From: an uncultured Candidatus Binatia bacterium
GTDB taxonomy: Bacteria; Desulfobacterota; Binatia; UBA9968; JAJDTQ01
DNA length: 64,000 nucleotides
Assembly: GCA_964291295.2 (NCBI GenBank)
Contig: OZ219754.1
Span: 2,464,001 to 2,528,000 of the forward strand
Direction of reading: 5' to 3'
Under the pieces are notes generated by a model that saw nothing but the letters and a program-made list of their open reading frames with translations, did not search any database and had not been told where the DNA came from. Both the position numbers and the translations under genes were made by a program. Positions 55,036 through 64,000 of the stretch are shown in pieces (position 1 is the stretch's first letter; the number at the start of each line of letters is the position of its first letter).

Positions 55036-56841
55036 TCACTCCGCCGCCGCCTCCCTCCCCGCAATATGGCCCTGCACCGTGCAGCGGCCCATGCCGTGCT
55101 GGTTGAAGCCGCCGGCGGACTCGCCGCCGCAGTAGAGGCCGGGGATGATGCGGCCGTTCATGTCCAGCACCTGGCACTTCTCGTTGATGCGCAGCCCGGC
55201 CCGGCTGTCGTGCACCAGCGGGGTGCCCCAGGCGGCGTGGAACGGCGGCGTCCGGATCCGGTAGCGGGGGGACGGCTTGCCGAAGTCCTCGTCCGTGCCG
55301 GAGTCCACGAAGCTGTTGTAGCGGTGCACCGTGGCCTCCAGGACGCCGCCGCTCATGGGCACGGCCTGCCAGGGATTCTCGATGGCCGCGGCGAGGCCGG
55401 CCAGGGTGTCGGCGGTGAAGAAATAGTCGTCCGGGTCGACGTGGGGCGGCGTGACCTTCCAGCCCTCCCGTGCCACCGCGTCGGAGTCGAAGATGGCCCA
55501 TATCGGCCCGCCCGAGTAGTCGGGAGCCCGGGAGCCGGCGTTCATGGCCACCGCGGCATTGAAGAAATTGGAGTGGTGGGGGTCATAGTCGATGTGGGTG
55601 TTGCGGTGGTCTCCGGGCGTGTAGGGGTCGATGTCATTGCATTTGTTGCCTTCAGGGTAGTCTCCCTGGGTCTCGTCGTAGAACCGCTCGCCCATCTGGT
55701 TCACCAGGATCAGGTCGTGCCAGTCCTTGACGGCCAGGCCCGTCGCGCGTACCAGCGGGAAGATGGGACACTCCGGTTCCCAGGGGAAATAGTTGTAACG
55801 AGTGCCCAGGGTGCGCTGCACCCGGATGTTGTCGCCGTTCTCCAGGGTCTGGTTGGCCAGACCCCAGAGCGACGCGCCGACGGCCATGGCGGCGAGTTCG
55901 CCGCTGGCGTCCTGGAACGTGTAGGGCTCGCCAGCCACCTGGTAGACCTCGGTGAGGCGCGGATCGAACATGCGCCGGAAGTGGACGTTGCTGGTGCTGC
56001 CGCCGGTGGCGATGAGGACCGCCTTGTGGGCGCGGATGGTCAGGGTGGCCGCGGTGCGCTCGATGTTGCCGTCGGAACGGTAGCTTCGGAGCGGGGTCGT
56101 GGTTCCGGGCAGCACCGTGGGAGTGTATGCGGCCGTGATCCCGCGGACCCGCCCGGACGGTTGTCCCGGGGTGCCCTCGCGAATGAGGCGGGTCATCCTG
56201 TAGTTCAACAGGAACTTCACGCCCTTGCCCCGGGCGCTGGCCTCCAGCGGCCGCACCAGCCCGGTGCCGGGCCTGCCGTTGGGGCTGGCCAGCCCTGCGC
56301 CCTGTTCCCAGTAAGTATGGTTCTCCCGGTGCGCCGAGTTGCCGGTCGAGTGAGCACCGCGGCTGTCCGGCGGTGTCTCCCTGAATTTCACGCCGTTGGC
56401 CACCAGGAATTCATAGGTTTCCGCACAATGGTCGGCAAACGCGCGGATCACCGCGCGGTCGCTGTAGCGGTAGTCCGGAAAGCCGTTGACCTGCACCACC
56501 GACCAGTCCGTGAGGTCGGCGAAGACGGTGTCGGGCGAGTCGGCGATGCCGTACTTGCGCTGGGCACTGGTGCCGCCACCCAGCGGTACGTTGCCGCCGC
56601 TCAGGATCGCATGCCCGCCGACGTCATAGTTCGTTTCCACGACCAGCACCGACGCACCCGCATCCGCCGCCGCGATGGCGGCGGGCAACCCCGTGGCGCC
56701 CGATCCGACAATGACCACGTCCGCCGCAAGGTCCGGGCGCTCCGGCAGTCCCGTTGATTCATGCGCCACGGCTTGCATCCCCCGCGGTTGATCGACGGCG
56801 TCGCTCCCGGAGTCTCTTCCGGCATGAGACGGCCGATTCAT
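55036..56841 (-). CDS. FAD-dependent oxidoreductase (FAD_binding_2; fumarate reductase/ketosteroid dehydrogenase-like)
   Basis: VVIVGSGATG, LIATGG, LVNQMGERFYDE, GLRIN..IPGLYCGGESAGG. Start uncertain. Confidence 0.87.
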   Translation of the reverse strand: MNRPSHAGRDSGSDAVDQPRGMQAVAHESTGLPERPDLAADVVIVGSGATGLPAAIAAADAGASVLVVETNYDVGGHAILSGGNVPLGGGTSAQRKYGIADSPDTVFADLTDWSVVQVNGFPDYRYSDRAVIRAFADHCAETYEFLVANGVKFRETPPDSRGAHSTGNSAHRENHTYWEQGAGLASPNGRPGTGLVRPLEASARGKGVKFLLNYRMTRLIREGTPGQPSGRVRGITAAYTPTVLPGTTTPLRSYRSDGNIERTAATLTIRAHKAVLIATGGSTSNVHFRRMFDPRLTEVYQVAGEPYTFQDASGELAAMAVGASLWGLANQTLENGDNIRVQRTLGTRYNYFPWEPECPIFPLVRATGLAVKDWHDLILVNQMGERFYDETQGDYPEGNKCNDIDPYTPGDHRNTHIDYDPHHSNFFNAAVAMNAGSRAPDYSGGPIWAIFDSDAVAREGWKVTPPHVDPDDYFFTADTLAGLAAAIENPWQAVPMSGGVLEATVHRYNSFVDSGTDEDFGKPSPRYRIRTPPFHAAWGTPLVHDSRAGLRINEKCQVLDMNGRIIPGLYCGGESAGGFNQHGMGRCTVQGHIAGREAAAE

Positions 56842-56856
56842 GGGCCATGGCCGGAT

Positions 56857-57591
56857 TCAGGGTTCGGGCGCCCACTGAAGTTCGCGTTCCATGAAATCCA
56901 CCACCTGGGGCCAGGCGAGTTCGGCGGCATGAGCGTGATAGCCTTCCGCGCCCGGATCCACGAATCCGTGGCCGCCGAACGGGTAAAAGTGCCATTCCAG
57001 CGGTTGGCCGTTCTGCCGGAACGCGTGCATCATCTTGTCCTGGACGGGAATCGGCGTGACGGAATCGTCCGCACCGTAGAGGATGATGGAAGGACAGCGG
57101 ATGCGCGCCGCCTTGTCCCAGGGCGAGATGGGCCTCATGTCGGTTGGAGGTTGGTCCCGCACGGTGGGGTAGTAGCCGACGAAGGCGCGTACCTCGAGCG
57201 TGGCCTCGACGAAGTTGATGGCGATGCGTCCGCCCATGCAGTAGCCGCACACGGCCACTCGCTCCCGGTTCACGTGGGGCTGGGAGAGCAGGAAGTGCCA
57301 GCTTTCGGTGAGCACCCGGGTGAAGGCGTCGTCGGACGTTCGGGCCTGAATCCGGGAGCCGGTCTCGATGTGGGTCGCGGCGGGATAGCCGAGTTGCTCG
57401 AAGACGTTGGCGGCGAAGGTGCTGTAGCCCAGCGCGGCGAACTTCCGCGCCTCGATCTTCATGTAGTCCGTCATTCCACCCTTCGGGTGGATGAGCAGCA
57501 GGGCCGGCCCGGGATCCTTCCGTTCGGGATGGACCAGCAAACCGGCGATGCCGTGGTCCTGCTTGTTGAGTCTGTTCTCGATGAGTTGCAT
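56857..57591 (-). CDS. Dienelactone hydrolase family protein
   Basis: Nucleophile GYCMGG, YGADD, GHGF; SD GGAGGAG. Confidence 0.9.
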   Translation of the reverse strand: MQLIENRLNKQDHGIAGLLVHPERKDPGPALLLIHPKGGMTDYMKIEARKFAALGYSTFAANVFEQLGYPAATHIETGSRIQARTSDDAFTRVLTESWHFLLSQPHVNRERVAVCGYCMGGRIAINFVEATLEVRAFVGYYPTVRDQPPTDMRPISPWDKAARIRCPSIILYGADDSVTPIPVQDKMMHAFRQNGQPLEWHFYPFGGHGFVDPGAEGYHAHAAELAWPQVVDFMERELQWAPEP

Positions 57592-57709
57592 GGCTCCTCC
57601 GGGTCGGTGATGATGGGCCGGAGCGTAACACGACGGAACCACCCCGGAAAGAGCCTGCGCCGCCACCGTCACGGCGTGCCGGCGCCGGCTTGACTTGAAG
57701 AAACCGGCA

Positions 57710-57874
57710 ATGGGTACGCGAGTCATGGATGCGGACGGCCATGTCAACGAGTGTCCGGCCACCGTCGAGCATGAGTACGATGATGACGCGCCGGACCCGG
57801 CATTCCGGTCCTGGCGCCCCCCTCAGGGTCGGGCGGGCGGCCTTTTCTGCAGGATGAATTTTGCCGCCGGATGA
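57710..57874 (+). pseudogene. 5' fragment of an amidohydrolase_2 gene
   Basis: MGTRVMDADGHVNE matches the D.D.H..E first-strand motif of its neighbours, but the ORF stops after 54 codons. Confidence 0.5.
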
Positions 57875-57982
57875 CCGACGATCCGGTGGTGCCGCGGGGC
57901 CGTCGGGCCTCGGCTGCAAAAACTTCGGCACGCCGGCCAGGGTCGCAGGCCGTGCGCACCGATCCGGATTCGGAGGAGAACG

Positions 57983-58387
57983 ATGGCAGAGGAGACGCTG
58001 CGGGGAAGTTGTCTTTGCGAGGCCGTGCGCTACGAGATTCGTGGTCCGTTCATCCGGTTCGCTCACTGCTACTGCATGCGATGCCGGAAGGCCACGGGCG
58101 GCGTGAAGCCCAGCAACATCTCGGTGCCGCCGGAACAGTTTCGCTGGCTCTCCGGCGAGGAGGTCGTCTCCCGGTGGGACATGCCCGAGGCCCGCGCCTT
58201 TGCCATCGCCATCTGCTTCAGGTGCAACTGTCCGGTGCCGCGTCCCACCCGGGATCGCTCGCGCATGACGGTTCCCGCGGGCAGCCTTGATGACGATCCC
58301 GGCGAGCCGCCGACCGTGCACCGATACTGGGACAGCCGCGCCGGCTGGGCCTCGGTCGACGAGTCCCACCTGCCGTACGAGGACTGA
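57983..58387 (+). CDS. GFA/CENP-V family protein
   Basis: GSCLCEAVRY, HCYCMRCRKATG, CFRC, VPAGSLDD; SD GGAGGAG. Confidence 0.9.
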   Translation: MAEETLRGSCLCEAVRYEIRGPFIRFAHCYCMRCRKATGGVKPSNISVPPEQFRWLSGEEVVSRWDMPEARAFAIAICFRCNCPVPRPTRDRSRMTVPAGSLDDDPGEPPTVHRYWDSRAGWASVDESHLPYED

Positions 58388-58692
58388 CCGGACGGGGCGC
58401 GGCCGGGACCGGCGCTTCCTGGAAGGGTCGGTCCCGCCCACCATCAGTCCTTCCGCCGTCGCTCGGGTGCCGGGTCTCCCCGCCTGCCGAGTCCGGCCTG
58501 GAAGGTGCGCAACGTCATCGAGGACATCGCGAACAGTCCGGAGGCTGCGGTGGTTTGTTCCTGCGGTCGATCCTCTCCCCGCCCGAATCCGGCCACGTGG
58601 AACCCGGCTGCGGCCGGGCTTCCGCCAGCCCATGGCCGTCTCCTGCCCGGGATGCCGGCCCCGGGTCCCCCCGGCCGGCGCCGCGGTGCGCC

Positions 58693-60015
58693 TCAGGACA
58701 CGAACCGCGGCATGGTTACGGGGACGTAGTCGTCCGGTGCCCGGGTGACCACCAGTTCCGGCTCGATGCCGTAGAGGCGGCGGGCGTTGCCGCCCAGCAT
58801 CTTCTCCTGGACGGGTTTCGGGACGTTGTGCCGGTTCATGGCGTCCATGGCATCCCATACGTCTGCGGCGTCGAGATGGGGCATGTCGGACGACCACAGG
58901 CCGATGTCCTCGTACAGATCCCAGAGCCGGAAGGTGATCGTTTCGTCGCCCTCGAAGGCGATGAAGCAGCTCTTGTAGAAGACCTCCCTGGGGTCGCCGA
59001 TGTTTTCGTTGGTGTGCCGGTAGAGGTCGAGGTAACCCTCGGCCTTCTCCAGCACCAGCGGCAGCCAGCTCGAGTTGGACTCCAGAATCGCTACCCTGAG
59101 GCGCGGAAACTTCTCCAGCCAACCCGTCATCAGCACGACGCCGGTCCATGTCATGGCCTCGGCGATGAAGCCGTAGGCGGCGTCGCCGGCCTGCTTCGAT
59201 CCCATGGCCTGCATGATGTTGGCGACGAACTGACCGGGCGAGTAGACGAGGATGTCCTCGTCGCCGAAGAGCCGCTTTCGGCCGGCGCCCATGCGCTCCG
59301 CCAACCCGGGGGACAAGGCTTCGCCCCGGGACGGGAAGGTGTGCATGCCGAGCACCATGCCGAGTTCCTCGAACTCCTTCCACAGCGGATCGAACTCGGG
59401 GAAGGTGGGATAGCGGTTGAGGGCGATGATGGGGCGCACCAGCGCCGATCGAAAGCCTCGCCGGGCCACCCGCCGCAATTCGTCAATGGCCCGGTCCACG
59501 TCCTGCAGGGGCAGTACCGCGGCGGGGTAAAGGCGTTTTCGGTCGGCGCCGCAGTAGTCGTAGACCCAGTCGTTGTAGGCGCGGGCGCACAGGTGGGCGG
59601 CCTCGGCGTTCTCCACCAGCGGCAGGTAGACGAACGTGGAAGGGAAGATCATCACCTGGTCGATGCCGGACGCGTCCATGTCCTTGAGCCGTACGTGCGG
59701 GTCGCGGGCGCTGGCGTTGCGGCCGATCCTGTCGTCCCACTCCCTGGTGCCTGGCGGGGTGTTGCCGATCTCCTCCTTGGTCAGCCCCGGGTGCCACGTC
59801 TCCGCCGGGTACTTGAAGTCGTTGGGGTTCCGGAAGCTGATGCGCGAGTTCCGCACCAGCATGAGCCGGTCCGCGTCCCGGTAGAAATGCGTCTTGGCGA
59901 AAGTTCGATGGCGCTCGGGAATGTACGAGTCCCAGACCTCCGTGGGCTCGTAGATGTGGCTGTCACAGTCGAAAACGGGAAAGTCCTTGGTGCGTCCCCT
60001 GGCACTGTAAGCCAT
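58693..60015 (-). CDS. Amidohydrolase_2 family protein
   Basis: FDCDSHIYEP, DMDASGID, AYNDW, GMH, WSSDMPH, NARRLY; SD AGGAGG. Confidence 0.9.
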   Translation of the reverse strand: MAYSARGRTKDFPVFDCDSHIYEPTEVWDSYIPERHRTFAKTHFYRDADRLMLVRNSRISFRNPNDFKYPAETWHPGLTKEEIGNTPPGTREWDDRIGRNASARDPHVRLKDMDASGIDQVMIFPSTFVYLPLVENAEAAHLCARAYNDWVYDYCGADRKRLYPAAVLPLQDVDRAIDELRRVARRGFRSALVRPIIALNRYPTFPEFDPLWKEFEELGMVLGMHTFPSRGEALSPGLAERMGAGRKRLFGDEDILVYSPGQFVANIMQAMGSKQAGDAAYGFIAEAMTWTGVVLMTGWLEKFPRLRVAILESNSSWLPLVLEKAEGYLDLYRHTNENIGDPREVFYKSCFIAFEGDETITFRLWDLYEDIGLWSSDMPHLDAADVWDAMDAMNRHNVPKPVQEKMLGGNARRLYGIEPELVVTRAPDDYVPVTMPRFVS

Positions 60016-60112
60016 GATGACCTCCTGTGTACGGGCGGACGACCCGAACCCGGAAAATGGACGAATCCGTCCGGGATTGTCAAACGGGGAGCAGGTGGGT
60101 GCGGGCGGACGG

Positions 60113-60961
60113 CTACTTCCGGTCGGGCCAGACGGCCCGGGAACCCGGGTCCTGCCAGGCTGCCGGGCGGCAGCTGTCCCTGGCGGCTTCATCGGGCTCC
60201 AGGGCGGTATCCCAGTCGTTGCCCACGAAGCGGCAGCCGGTAATGTTCCGGGAAGCGTCCGATACCAGCCAGCGGATGGGCGCCGCCATCACCTGGGGCT
60301 GCACCAGCGTGCTGCGGTCGAACGGTGCGCTGTCCGGGATGAAGCTCGTATTGGTGGGGCCGCCGGGCACCAGCACGTTGACGGTCACGCCGGTGTCCTC
60401 GAGGTCTCGCGCCCAGCTCGCCGAGGCGGCCTCCAGGGCGGCCTTGGACATGCCGTACGGGGTGTAGGCGGTGCGGAACATGGTGTCGAGGCTGGTGGTG
60501 ACGTTGACGATGCGACCCGACCGCTGCCTTACCAGGTGGGGCGTCACCGCGCGGGCCATCAGGAAGGCGCCCTTCCAGTTGACGTCCATGACGGCCTGCC
60601 ATCGGTCGGGCTCCACTTCCCAGAAACGCACGGGATCGCTCATGTAGTTGACGCGCACGGTCTGCATGCCGATACCGGCGGCGTTGACCAGCGCGTCCAC
60701 GCGTCCGAACCGCCCCAGCACCGCTTCCACGACCCGCTCGCACTCGTCCGCCCTGGTGATGTCGGCCGTGAGGGTAAGGAGGGCGCCCTCCTCCGCCACG
60801 CCCGCGGCGCTGCGGACCATGGCTTGGCATCGCTCCTCCCTGTTGTCCACCACCGCCACCCGGGCGCCCTCCTCCAGCAGCGCCACGGTCATGATGGTGC
60901 CCATGCCGCCGGCGCCCCCGGTGATGATCACGATCTTGTCGTTCAATGCCTTTTCAGACAT
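60113..60961 (-). CDS. Short-chain dehydrogenase/reductase
   Basis: TGGAGGMG, VNAAG, YGMSK. Confidence 0.92.
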   Translation of the reverse strand: MSEKALNDKIVIITGGAGGMGTIMTVALLEEGARVAVVDNREERCQAMVRSAAGVAEEGALLTLTADITRADECERVVEAVLGRFGRVDALVNAAGIGMQTVRVNYMSDPVRFWEVEPDRWQAVMDVNWKGAFLMARAVTPHLVRQRSGRIVNVTTSLDTMFRTAYTPYGMSKAALEAASASWARDLEDTGVTVNVLVPGGPTNTSFIPDSAPFDRSTLVQPQVMAAPIRWLVSDASRNITGCRFVGNDWDTALEPDEAARDSCRPAAWQDPGSRAVWPDRK

Positions 60962-61052
60962 CTGCACGTCCTTTCTTGAGGAGCCTTCCATCGCGGTCCA
61001 CACGCCGGCAACAGGGGTTCTTCAGGGGGTTCCGCACCCGGAGCAGTCTGAA

Positions 61053-61862
61053 TCACGCCTCCTGCCGGTTGGCCTTGTACTGCTGGTGGTTGCGGTCGAG
61101 GGCGGCGAGGCAGTCCGGGTCGAAGTCCCGCGTCGCCACGGGCTCGGGCTCCCAGTGGCCGTGGGTGTCCGTGCCGCGCAGCAGCGCCGCGCTGGCGTGG
61201 TCGAACAGCGTCTGGTGCACGTGCGGTGCAATGAAATGGATCGAGTAGCCCAGCCGCCGGCCGTCGGATCCATTGGGGTTGGAGCCGTGGAGGACGGTTT
61301 CGCTGTGGAACGAGATCTCGCCGGCCTCGAGCTCCACGTCCACCGCCTGCGATTCGTCCACCCCTTCGACGGTCTGACCCCGGGACAGGAGGTTGTCCTC
61401 GGCGAAGGTCTCCACATGGCGGCGGGCTCCCTCCGTGTGGGAGCCCGGAATCACCCGCATGCAGCCGCTCTCGACCTTGCTGTCGGTGAAGGCGAACCAC
61501 GCGGTCAGGGTCTCACGCGGCTGCAGGCCGTAGTAGGTGGTGTCCTGGTGCCAGGACACGAACCGCGGGTCACGGGCATTCTTGGTGAAGAAGCTGGAGC
61601 CCCAGCACAGGATGTTCGGGCCGATGATGTCCTCCACCGCATCAAGCATCACCGGGTTGCGGATCAGCGCGTTGAGCCAGGGGAAGGGGAGGTGGGCCTT
61701 GATGCGGTAGCGGTCCTGGATTTCTCCGCCGATGGCCTTTTCCAGGTCTTCTAGTTTCTGTCGCAGCGGTCCCGCGGCCTCGCGGTCCATGATGCGCACC
61801 GGGAAGAGATATCCATCCCGATGATAGGCGGCCACCTGGGCTTGTGTCAGTACCTTGGGCAT
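61053..61862 (-). CDS. PhyH-family Fe(II)/2-oxoglutarate dioxygenase
   Basis: YHRDGY, WHQD, GCMRVIPGSH, LHGS..N..RR. Confidence 0.9.
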   Translation of the reverse strand: MPKVLTQAQVAAYHRDGYLFPVRIMDREAAGPLRQKLEDLEKAIGGEIQDRYRIKAHLPFPWLNALIRNPVMLDAVEDIIGPNILCWGSSFFTKNARDPRFVSWHQDTTYYGLQPRETLTAWFAFTDSKVESGCMRVIPGSHTEGARRHVETFAEDNLLSRGQTVEGVDESQAVDVELEAGEISFHSETVLHGSNPNGSDGRRLGYSIHFIAPHVHQTLFDHASAALLRGTDTHGHWEPEPVATRDFDPDCLAALDRNHQQYKANRQEA

Positions 61863-62060
61863 TCCGGTCTCCGTTGAAGGGGCCTTCCGTGGCATGGGCC
61901 TTTGTTGGCGCCGACGGGAACCCGCGCCGGGACAGAGGACAATCTGGCCCCGGCAGCCCGGTCTGTCAAGCACCGGCCGGGTCGGGCCATCGGCCCGGAT
62001 TCCTGCTTCGGCGGGAAGGACGGGTTCGGGGCGCTGCCTCCGCCACGACCTGGCGGCCCG

Positions 62061-63251
62061 TTACAACTCGGCGGCCTGTCTCAGGCTGGCGATCATCGAG
62101 ATTCGCAACAGGTACTCGTAGGACTTCCCGGGGTCGGCGGCGGTCTCCCGCATGATGCGGCGGAACTCCCGCTGCTGCTTGGAGTCGCGGCTTTCCAGGT
62201 TGAGCTTGTTGCGGGTGGAGTGGACATTGGCGTACTCCAGGGCGATGGGCCGGCGCTGCCGCTCGTAGCCGTCGAGTTCCGAGTCCGGCGCTTCTTCGTG
62301 CCACACGCGGACGAGCCTTGCGGCGAGGTTGTAGCCGTCGTGGATGCCGCCGTTCATGCCCATGCCGCCCAGCGGGTTGTTGATGTGGGCCGCGTCGCCG
62401 GCGAGGAACGCTCGCCCCTGGCGGTAGCGCGCCGCCACCCGCTGGTGGACCGGGTAGAGAGTCCGATGGCGTACGGGGAAGGGGCGTCCCGTGGGCAGCA
62501 CCCGCTGGAGCCGCCGCTCCACGCTGGCGTCGCTCAACACCTCATCGTCGCTCTCGTCCGGCCGCGTGGGGAACATCACGCGCCACAGTCCCGGCACCCG
62601 CAGCAGGAAGAACCACTCTTCCGGGTCCGCGAAATAGCTTACCGGCGCGAGCCGGTCGAAGTGGCGGTCCAGGGGGAAGGGGGTGCTCACCACCAGAAAA
62701 CGCTCCGGCCAGGTGAAGCCGTCGAAGGGGATGCCCAGGGACTTGCGGACATTGCTCCGGGCGCCGTCGGCGCCCACCAGGAAACGGCCCTCGAAGCGCC
62801 GGGCGGCGCTGCCCTGTCCAACCACCGCGGTAACCGATGTCCCGGCGTTCTCCACCCCGGTCACTTCGCTGGCGAAGCGCACTTCGGCCCCGGGCAGGGT
62901 CACGAGCTTCTCGTACAGCAGCCGGTTGAGCTTGAACTGCTCGCACTGGAGCCGGTAGGGGTGCGCCGTGGCGTCGGCGATCTGTCCGAAGTCGAACTCC
63001 GCGATGCAGCCGGCCCGATCGCGGTACTGGAGCGTGGGTGCCTTGAGCCCCAGGGCGAGAAAGGCATCCAGTACCCCGGTGGACTCGAGCATGTCCAGGG
63101 TGGGAGGATGAAAGGTGGAGGCCCGCAACGTTTCCGGCAGTTCCGGCGCCCCCTCGAACACGGTCACGGGCACGTCGTGCCGGGCCAGATGCAGGGCCAC
63201 CACCAACCCCACGGGACCGGCTCCCGCCACCAGCACGCGGTCCGCGTTCAT
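62061..63251 (-). CDS. FAD-dependent monooxygenase (MhpA/PheA-like)
   Basis: GAGPVGL, GADGARS.VRK, LAGDAAHINNPLGGMGMNGGIHD. Confidence 0.92.
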   Translation of the reverse strand: MNADRVLVAGAGPVGLVVALHLARHDVPVTVFEGAPELPETLRASTFHPPTLDMLESTGVLDAFLALGLKAPTLQYRDRAGCIAEFDFGQIADATAHPYRLQCEQFKLNRLLYEKLVTLPGAEVRFASEVTGVENAGTSVTAVVGQGSAARRFEGRFLVGADGARSNVRKSLGIPFDGFTWPERFLVVSTPFPLDRHFDRLAPVSYFADPEEWFFLLRVPGLWRVMFPTRPDESDDEVLSDASVERRLQRVLPTGRPFPVRHRTLYPVHQRVAARYRQGRAFLAGDAAHINNPLGGMGMNGGIHDGYNLAARLVRVWHEEAPDSELDGYERQRRPIALEYANVHSTRNKLNLESRDSKQQREFRRIMRETAADPGKSYEYLLRISMIASLRQAAEL

Positions 63252-63281
63252 GTCATCGGCCCGCCCGTGCCGTCGCCGTTG

Positions 63282-64000
63282 CTACCGGAAATGCGGCATC
63301 ACGTGGGTGGTGCATACGTCCAGGTGCTGGAACGGATCCTTGGCGGCGAAGCGGACGATGAATGTCTGGATCCCGGCTTCGGCATAAGCGTTGATGAAGT
63401 CCACCACCTCGTTGGTCCCGCCGGCCTTGACCACGAGTTGCGCCGCCACCTGCTCGTAGGTCTTGTGGTAGTAGGCCTCCAGGAACGCGGCCCCCTCCCG
63501 GCGCGCCTTGTCGCCGTCCGGGTCCATATGAATGGTGAGATAGAGACAGCGGCGGATGTCGCCGGGATTGCGTCCGGCGTCGCTGGCGAAGTCTTCCATC
63601 TTCTTCTGCGACTCCCGGAACACCGTGAGCGACGGAATGTTGGTGATCCACGCATCGCCGTACAGGGCGGCGCGCCTCAGACCGGTATCCACATCGTTGC
63701 TGGACACCCACACGGGGACGCCGGGCCGCTGCACCGGCTTGGGCAGGAGCGAGAGGTTCTCGATGGTGTAGTACTTGTTGGGATGGGTCACGTTGTCCCC
63801 GGCCCACAGGAGCTTCATGATCCTGAGCACCTGGCTCAGGCGGCCGGCCTTCTGGTTGAAGGGGACGCCGCAGGCCGTGTACTCCTCCTCGAACATCTTG
63901 TCGTTGCGGGATACACCCACGCCGCAGATCAACCGCCCGCCGCACAACACGTCGACACTGGCCAGGGCCTGGGCCAGCACCACCGGGTTGCGCATGGCCG
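63282..64000 (-). CDS. LLM-class flavin-dependent oxidoreductase (5' truncated by window)
   Basis: RNPVVLAQALASVDVLCGGRLICGVG, PKPVQRPGVPVWV, RRAALYGDAW. Confidence 0.88.
   Translation of the reverse strand, partial: AMRNPVVLAQALASVDVLCGGRLICGVGVSRNDKMFEEEYTACGVPFNQKAGRLSQVLRIMKLLWAGDNVTHPNKYYTIENLSLLPKPVQRPGVPVWVSSNDVDTGLRRAALYGDAWITNIPSLTVFRESQKKMEDFASDAGRNPGDIRRCLYLTIHMDPDGDKARREGAAFLEAYYHKTYEQVAAQLVVKAGGTNEVVDFINAYAEAGIQTFIVRFAAKDPFQHLDVCTTHVMPHFR

Noticed and set aside
54865-59383. 630-aa (+) and 874-aa (-) ORFs
   Set aside because: Low-complexity alternative or antisense frames crossing several real genes.

Overview
A GC-rich bacterial window. Gene content (many amidohydrolases, LLM oxidoreductases, Asp/Glu-racemase-like and OCD-like enzymes, Mla system, RpoH, class II RNR) resembles Binatia/deltaproteobacteria-like genomes; this taxonomy is inference only. 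Bases 1 to ~7.3 kb look like one end of an integrated element. It has a visibly lower-GC cassette: the tail of a probable C5 DNA methyltransferase, a GHKL/paraMORC-ATPase fused to an HEF-type histidine kinase, and an atypical receiver-domain protein. This cassette abuts two translationally coupled, catalytically intact tyrosine recombinases. The rest is backbone: small-molecule catabolic genes (8.5-18 kb, 35.6-38 kb, 51-64 kb) and housekeeping genes (lgt, rlmD, mlaEFD, NrdR-boxed nrdJ, pgpA, rpoH, trmL, dtd, tRNA-Ser(GGA), trmI). Notable oddities: two genes apparently starting at AUC/AUU behind strong SD sites; a structured terminator-containing leader or sRNA at ~50.8-51.0 kb; a DksA/TraR-like C4 protein; a YfhL ferredoxin-zinc-ribbon fusion; enzymes with altered catalytic residues; and many short intergenic tandem duplications. 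No CRISPR array or rRNA was seen. All family calls come from motif recognition by eye; no searches were run.
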